DNA of 62,734 nucleotides, filler included, from Candidatus Babelota bacterium (lineage in GTDB: Bacteria > JAGOBX01), in the NCBI GenBank assembly GCA_017999075.1. It is 8 parts of 8 records of this genome, joined end to end, with 100 filler letters (N's around TTAATTAATTAA, not from the genome) between each part and the next. Parts side by side here need not be neighbours in the genome. Positions count along the whole stretch, not along the records: positions 44,228 to 59,392 come from JAGOBX010000029.1; positions 59,493 to 62,734 come from JAGOBX010000475.1; 6 more parts are not named here. The stretch is one strand, 5' to 3'. Both the position numbers and the translations under genes were made by a program. Position 1 is the stretch's first letter. Each line of letters begins with the position of its first letter. Below are positions 56,702-62,734 of the stretch, piece by piece. The notes under the pieces are model-generated. The model was given only the letters and a program-made list of their open reading frames with translations. It was not told the origin of the DNA and did no database searches.

Positions 56702-57973
56702 TTATTCCTCTGATATATCGCAGAGTTTTTTTATATATTCAATATCAACCGAAAAATAATCAGCTATTTTTTTTTGCAAAGAACTATCCGGAATTTTAAC
56801 GCCGCTCAGAAGTTCAGCAAGTTCAAGAATGTCAATTCCGACCTTATTTGCAAATTCAGTTTTATCGATTGATTCTTTTTCTATCATAAACATAAGAAAA
56901 TATGAAAAACAAAAAAACATAAATTCTGATGACAAGCTATTTCTGCAATTTAGCAGCGCGCTTAAAACAAGCAGCAAACGCTTTTCAGCATTTTTTTCAT
57001 TTACTGATCTGTTTTTAACAAATTTAAAAGGATTTTTTGTCAAATGAATATATTTATCTAAATACTCTATAGTTTCGGCTGCAGTTAATTTTTCAGATTT
57101 TTCAGACTTGATTTTTTTCCGCAGCATACCTGAATGCATTATATGCTTCAATCCTGAATTTATATGTTCCAATATTTCGTCTTCAGAAATATTATATTTT
57201 TCAGAAATTTGGCTGTAATCGCAGAATGGTTGAAAAAAATGGTCATTAATTATGCTTTGAGTTAGCTGATCTTTTATTGAGCGGATATCTGTTTTATTTA
57301 ATGTTATGCTGATATCGGACAATGCATTTTCAAATAAATCAAAGGTATAATCTGTAAATGGTCCATAAGTTTCTATAAAAATATTTTTTATCTCATCTAT
57401 TGCGCGGGCAATATCGCTCTTTACTGTATTTAAGTTCCTGCCTGTAATTTCAGCAATCTCGCGTTCAGATAATTCCAATGAAATTCTGAGGAATAATGCA
57501 AATTTGCTGTTTTCATTTTTTATATTCCGCAACGAGTATAATAAAGTTTTTATTAAATCGCGCTTTAATATATGTGGTTCTGAAATATCTTTTTCCGGAG
57601 GCAAAATATTTTCCAAATCACGCTCGCCATAATCTTCAGAATAAAAGTCGTTAATGGAAATAAAATTAATTTTTTCTCCTTTTATCTTTTTAGTTTGACT
57701 CTTTATAAAACTTAAAATTGTATTCCTTAGTATGCAGGAAATATATGTTTCTATTTTCGCTTTTTCAGGATTATATGTAGAAAGCGATTTGAAAAATTTT
57801 ATCAGAGTTTGCTGTATTAAATCATCTTTGTCATTTTGCGCTGCAGTATATAAACTGCCGGCTATACCAAAAAAATTTTCATCAAGATAATTCAATAAAT
57901 CTTCAGCAATTGAATTTTTTAAAGATTCGGAGGGAGTTTGATTATAGCAAAATATTTGATGTGTTAAATTCAT
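56702..57973 (-). CDS. ECF-type sigma70 factor fused to an extra HTH and a C-terminal XRE HTH
   Basis: sigma2-like DDLIQQTLIKFFKSLSTYNPEKAKIETYISCILRN; sigma4-like LSEREIAEITGRNLNTVKSDIARA; XRE-like DKTEFANKVGIDILELAELLSGVKIPDSSLQKKIADYFSV. Confidence 0.8.
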   Translation of the reverse strand: MNLTHQIFCYNQTPSESLKNSIAEDLLNYLDENFFGIAGSLYTAAQNDKDDLIQQTLIKFFKSLSTYNPEKAKIETYISCILRNTILSFIKSQTKKIKGEKINFISINDFYSEDYGERDLENILPPEKDISEPHILKRDLIKTLLYSLRNIKNENSKFALFLRISLELSEREIAEITGRNLNTVKSDIARAIDEIKNIFIETYGPFTDYTFDLFENALSDISITLNKTDIRSIKDQLTQSIINDHFFQPFCDYSQISEKYNISEDEILEHINSGLKHIMHSGMLRKKIKSEKSEKLTAAETIEYLDKYIHLTKNPFKFVKNRSVNEKNAEKRLLLVLSALLNCRNSLSSEFMFFCFSYFLMFMIEKESIDKTEFANKVGIDILELAELLSGVKIPDSSLQKKIADYFSVDIEYIKKLCDISEE

Positions 57974-58028
57974 GAAAATTACAAAATATCTGTTACACTA
58001 ATGTTTTAAAACAATTTAATTTTAATAA

Positions 58029-58925
58029 TCAAAAAATATGTTTATTTTTAAAAGTTTTAGAAATTAAATTGCTTTTATATGAAGTTCCTCCTAAATAATA
58101 TGCCCCAATAGCGGTTTCAGAAATTTTATTATCAATATTCTTTGAATTATTATCAATCCAACTTTGTTGGCAGTCACCTAAAAGTAAAAGCGGTTTTGAT
58201 AATATTTCATAATTATCCAAATTGCTAATTTTTTTTAATTCATCAGATAGCAAATTTAATTTCTTTTTTATTTCAAATAATTCTTTATAATATCCCAATA
58301 ATTCCTCGGAGTATTTCTTTATAAAATTTGAATATTGCTTTAACTGAATACTAATTTCTGCATTAAATAGTCGCGCATCTCCAATTCTTTTCACTTCTAC
58401 AAATACAATTTTTTTAGATTGCGTATCGATTCTAATTAAATCTATTCTAATGGTAGAATTTTCAAAAGGATATTCAAATTCAGAGTCAATAAAATAAGGA
58501 TCGTTTTCAACAAAGGAATATTGTATTGATTTTTCTGAATCGGGTGTATTGAAAAGAGCAATTCTTTTTTTTAAAAATTTTAAATCTTCGCGAGAAAAAT
58601 TATTAAGTTCCAATATTTTACAATTTTTTTGATCAAAGGAAATTTTATCATCAGTAATTTTATAAAGTATATAAGGATTTTTTAGTTCACATTTCAAAGG
58701 AATGTACTCATAATGAATTTTTCCGTGAAATAGATTTTTTGAAAATTTTAAACTTGTAATTATTGCGCCACCTTTATAATATACATCAATAGAATTATCC
58801 TTCCTAATTTCAATAATAATTTCCTTATCATTTTTTAAGACATCCCACCAAATAGGAGGATTTTTTGCTAATTTTTCAAACAACTTATGATTTTTATCTA
58901 AAAATGAAAAATTCATAGTTTCCAT
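58029..58925 (-). CDS. Putative PD-(D/E)XK nuclease
   Basis: DSEFEY...RIDLIRID...IVFVEVKR...QLKQY; AAGGTG RBS. Confidence 0.7.
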   Translation of the reverse strand: METMNFSFLDKNHKLFEKLAKNPPIWWDVLKNDKEIIIEIRKDNSIDVYYKGGAIITSLKFSKNLFHGKIHYEYIPLKCELKNPYILYKITDDKISFDQKNCKILELNNFSREDLKFLKKRIALFNTPDSEKSIQYSFVENDPYFIDSEFEYPFENSTIRIDLIRIDTQSKKIVFVEVKRIGDARLFNAEISIQLKQYSNFIKKYSEELLGYYKELFEIKKKLNLLSDELKKISNLDNYEILSKPLLLLGDCQQSWIDNNSKNIDNKISETAIGAYYLGGTSYKSNLISKTFKNKHIF

Positions 58926-59018
58926 ATATCACCTTTTATAATTAAAATTTTAGTATACAATATAATTTTTAAAAAATTATATATATGAATATAAAAAAAC
59001 CAAATAAAATCTAATTTC

Positions 59019-59392
59019 TTAATTTTCGGCAAAAATTCCACGAAAATCAATTTCCTTAAACATATCCGGCGCGAAAGTATGCACAGGAATAAGCTGTTTG
59101 GGTTTCATAGCATTTATAAACGCGCTCAGTGTTTCCCGTGTGGCGTGGCCGCTGTGATGAATTTTCAAAATATCAATATTTTGACCAGCAAGATAATTCT
59201 TGAATTTATCAGATAAATATATATCGCACATTGAATAAATCAATCTCCGCTTTTTGCCTGACGATATTCTATTAAGTATCCAGAACTCTTTATCTTCGTG
59301 AACAATCATACAAACGTTATTGCCCATATCCCGGACTTTATCGAGTTTTATACTATTTTGAAAACATTTATTTATAAAATTATAATTATTAT
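59019..59392 (-). CDS. C-terminal part of an MBL-fold beta-CASP (RNase J-like) hydrolase, truncated by contig end
   Basis: IYSM, IHHSGHA, PKQLIPVHT; frame is open upstream of ATG 59327 up to the gap. Confidence 0.8.
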
Positions 59393-59492
59393 NNNNNNNN
59401 NNNNNNNNNNNNNNNNNNNNNNNNNNNNNNNNNNNNTTAATTAATTAANNNNNNNNNNNNNNNNNNNNNNNNNNNNNNNNNNNNNNNNNNNN

Positions 59493-62400
59493 ATCATAAA
59501 CTGAAAATATTCCTATTCCATTTGAGACAGTGATATAATTTGTTTCAGCGCCGCTTACTGCAGATGAGGGTCTGACAATCAGTATCCTGAAAGCAGTGGA
59601 ATTGTCATTTGAAATTATATTGCTGTCTTTATCAATAATTCTGCATGTAACTGAAGCAGATGTGCCTACCTGAGCAGAAACGCTCATCATCTGAATTTGT
59701 GCATAAAGCACCTGAATTTCTGAAGAACCGAAGATATTATTATTCAGCTGATCATTTACTTTTAAGATATTCAATCCTTCGTCAATGGAAAAGAAAAAAT
59801 TATTATATTCCAGAGAACCTTTATCTGTCAAGGGAACATAGCTGTAATCAGCAGGTAAATTAAAAGGTTTTTTGGCAGGCGTCTGATCAAAAAGCATAAG
59901 TCTGTTGTAATTTTCTGTTATATTAGAATCATCATTCAGCGGATTTATTGTAACGTTATTCCAAAGTTCAGATAAATAAAAAAATGTCCGGCCGACAGGA
60001 TAAGTTACATTTATTGAAAATTTTGAAGGCGTGAAGCCGCATATAGCGCTTTTTCCTGATATTACAGTATCAGGCGAATATGAGTTGTCAATTGCGTTAA
60101 TATATATTCTTCCTGACTCATTATATTTTTGAATAAATTCGATTTGTCCGGTATTTATTGATATGTTTTTGACTTCCAATCCTGAAGAATTGCTTATATC
60201 TGATAACACCGGGTCAATAAATTCAGGAGTAAATTCAAGGATGCTTTTATAATTAGATGTTATTTCAGAATTTTGCGAATAAGCGGTAACTTTCATATCA
60301 AACTCTTTTGCTGAAGTTTCGGAAACATTTGAAAGTAAAATGTCAATGTAATACGGAATAAATTGCAGCTGGGTACAGTAATCGGAAAGTAAAAAATATG
60401 AATCACATCTGCTTCTGAAAGAAATTGTTCCTGCGTCGTCATAATGAAAATATAATGTTCCAGAACCATTAGTTAGTTTTATGGAAATATTTCCTGAACT
60501 TTCGATACCTCCTTTCTGTAATTCTTTATTTTTATATACCGGATTGATGTACTGAACATCATTCTGATATATTGTTACAGTATCATTAAATGAAGAGTAT
60601 ATGCTGCCCGTCTCATCATAAACGTAAAATGATATTTTATAATCTTTTCCTGATATGTAATATGAACTGTTTTCGATTTCCATTTTTAAAATAAGCCCTG
60701 AAGTTTCAGAAAAAATCAGTAGAGAGCTAATTCCGTATATAGTTGTATCTGATGAATCAACAGCTTTAATCATTATAGAATCAGCTTCATTATAAATTGC
60801 GGAAATAGTTCCGCTTAATCCGTTAGTAATAGAAATCTGAGTCGGGACAAGAGTTCCTGAACCGTTTAAAACGTAAATATCTGCAATTCCATTATAGCTA
60901 TTTACTATTGTTCCGTCAGTATCTTTTGCAGTTATCTGATAAGTGAAAGGCAGATTTTTAATATGCGGCGCAGAAGATGTTATTTCATAATGTATTAAAT
61001 TTTGTACCACAAGCCGGGCAGAATCATTTTCTGTAATGTATCTGCCTGATGAAGTATATCCTGAAGCATTGAAAAATATTGTGTCTGCTGCGCTGTATGT
61101 ATAACCTAATATTGCTGAACCGTTATCAGTGATAGAAAACGTATATTCGGCTTTGCCTGGAACAGTATTATCAAAAGTTCCATTTCCTGATATTAATGTC
61201 CAAACTGTATTAGCAGGCAGCCCTGAAGAATAAACAGATATTGAACCTGTAAAATCAGTAACAGGTAGACCGGAAGTCGAATCAATAATTGTAATTGAAA
61301 CAGGTTCAGGAATGCTTCGCACTGCATAGCCATCATTAGAAATTAGGATATGATACTGTTCTGCATTAGTTGGGATGTAAGTTATTGAAACCCTTTTTAA
61401 ATATGGAGTCATCTTAGTGTCTGATGTTTCTAATAAAGCATGGTATTGAATACATTTTTTATTATAAAAATTAGGATTTAAAAAATTTGAATTGCCTGTA
61501 AAATAAAGCTGGGTATCAGAAATTCCCATCCATGCTGCAGAGTCTAATTCTGAAATAGTATTTGCTGTCCGCAACTGAAGTTTAATATTTGTTCCGTTTT
61601 GAAGAATTGAATCAGTAATAAGATTTGTGAAATCTACAGACTCTCCGGCATAAAATTTTGATGAATACAAATTTCCTTCAGTTAAAAAGTATGAAGTTCC
61701 TGAAACAGTATCAGCAGGAGCAGTATCATATCCCGGATACTTGAAAATATGAGGGTTATTTTGTATTTCAGCAGTCCAAAAAATATTATTTTCAAAGTCA
61801 TAACATCCGTTTTGAGAATGGTTGCCGCTTACATACTGCCATCTGTCAACAACCAGTCCGGTAGTTAATGATATGCGGATTCCTTCGGGGCTGTTGTCTT
61901 TTTCTAATATATAAACAAAATCTCCGTCTGTGTATACGCAGGATAAATCTGAAAATCCGTCTGTCAGAGGAACTGTTATTGTTCTTACATAAGAATAATC
62001 CGACATTTTAAATACTTTTATTGTAAATCCGTTGCTTCCTCCATTATTTATTGAATTCGCTATATTATAGAGATATATCATATCTGAAGTTATAAAAACT
62101 TGATCGCTGCTTCCAGAAAAAGTTAATCCTGTATTGTTTTTTATTAAACCGTCAGAAAACGTAATAAAGTCTTTTATACCTGTAATAGTTGAAATACGCT
62201 CGAGATTAGACCCATTTAAAGTATACCCGTTTAAAATATAATTGCCGGATATATATGTCATACTTTTAGATTTGTTCAGAGGAGTATCTGAAACATATCC
62301 GTAATCCTGACCTTCGACAGTAGAATTAAAGCCAGTTCCTATTTTAATCAATTTATTGTCATTTGAATTATTGTCATACCAGTTTTTAATGTATAAATAT

Positions 62401-62720
62401 TTTCCGTCAACTGCTATCATTCCAGATGCATTAATTGTGGTTTTTTCGTCTTCGCTTCCAATCACAGGAGCAGGAAAATCTGTTGTGCCATCTTCGCTGA
62501 TCCAAATAAGTTTTACTTCGTTTAATGTTATAGTATGGCAATTAGTGTCATAATAATATTTTGATGAATAATTGAGTGCAGAAGAATCCCATATTTCCTG
62601 ACCTTGTCCTTTTGACCAATCATCCTGAGAAAATGAATTTGAAAAAACAGATGTTGCTGAAAAAATAAATAGTAAAAAGACGAGTATAAAAAGTTTATTA
62701 TTAAATTGTAATAATAACAT
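59493..62720 (-). CDS. Large secreted beta-rich surface protein (propeller-like region plus tandem Ig-like domains), truncated
   Basis: Signal peptide; Ser/Thr/Asn/Gly-rich beta-strand pattern; repeated ITA.D..G....Y.G modules. Confidence 0.8.
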
Positions 62721-62734
62721 AATTTATAATATAT

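Noticed and set aside
55657-57973. Type III-E CRISPR (Craspase) locus
   Set aside because: No Cas7-11, Csx30/31, TPR domain or array visible; only the CHAT-sigma pairing is analogous
59019-59327. Stand-alone 102-aa gene or pseudogene
   Set aside because: The frame stays open to the contig edge, so it is most simply a truncated longer beta-CASP gene
3280-59492. Recurrent TTAATTAATTAA palindromes within N runs, and operons spanning them
   Set aside because: Artificial 100-nt linkers; contig lengths fall in two descending series (about 3.3 kb and 15.2 kb), so order is not genomic
874-62553. Numerous 60-120 aa antisense or nested ORFs in the ORF track
   Set aside because: They lie within well-supported genes and show no motifs or RBS; expected shadow ORFs

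Overview
AT-rich sequence from a diderm bacterium, probably an uncultivated lineage. It is a concatenation of 8 contigs joined by 100-nt artificial linkers (N44-TTAATTAATTAA-N44) at 3280-3379, 6652-6751, 22032-22131, 37404-37503, 40768-40867, 44128-44227 and 59393-59492, so adjacency across gaps is not biological. Contents by contig: (1) parA-parB-HD-GYP; (2) a REC-GGDEF-REC/REC/Hpt phosphorelay; (3) porin (one in-frame TAG), PBP-like protein and poly-HAMP chemoreceptor, an EndoIII-like gene, a type IV pilus motor locus with two tandem PilB ATPases plus PilT and PilC, ahcY, an HD nucleotidase, cmk, an unannotated CxxC/CxxC microprotein and an IS21-like remnant; (4) a hybrid histidine kinase and a >3,900-aa secreted TPR protein with a 9-bp tandem repeat; (5-7) surface-glycan genes (O-antigen ligase-like, a T12-frameshifted GT-C, GT2/GT9, VioA-like aminotransferase, three radical SAM enzymes, methyltransferases, MBOAT/SGNH pair); contig 7 ends in a beta-CASP / PD-(D/E)XK nuclease / ECF-sigma-XRE fusion / stand-alone CHAT protease cluster, the best candidate for an undescribed system; (8) a large secreted beta-rich protein. 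No rRNA, tRNA or CRISPR array was recognised. All calls come from motif reading by eye; no database search was run.
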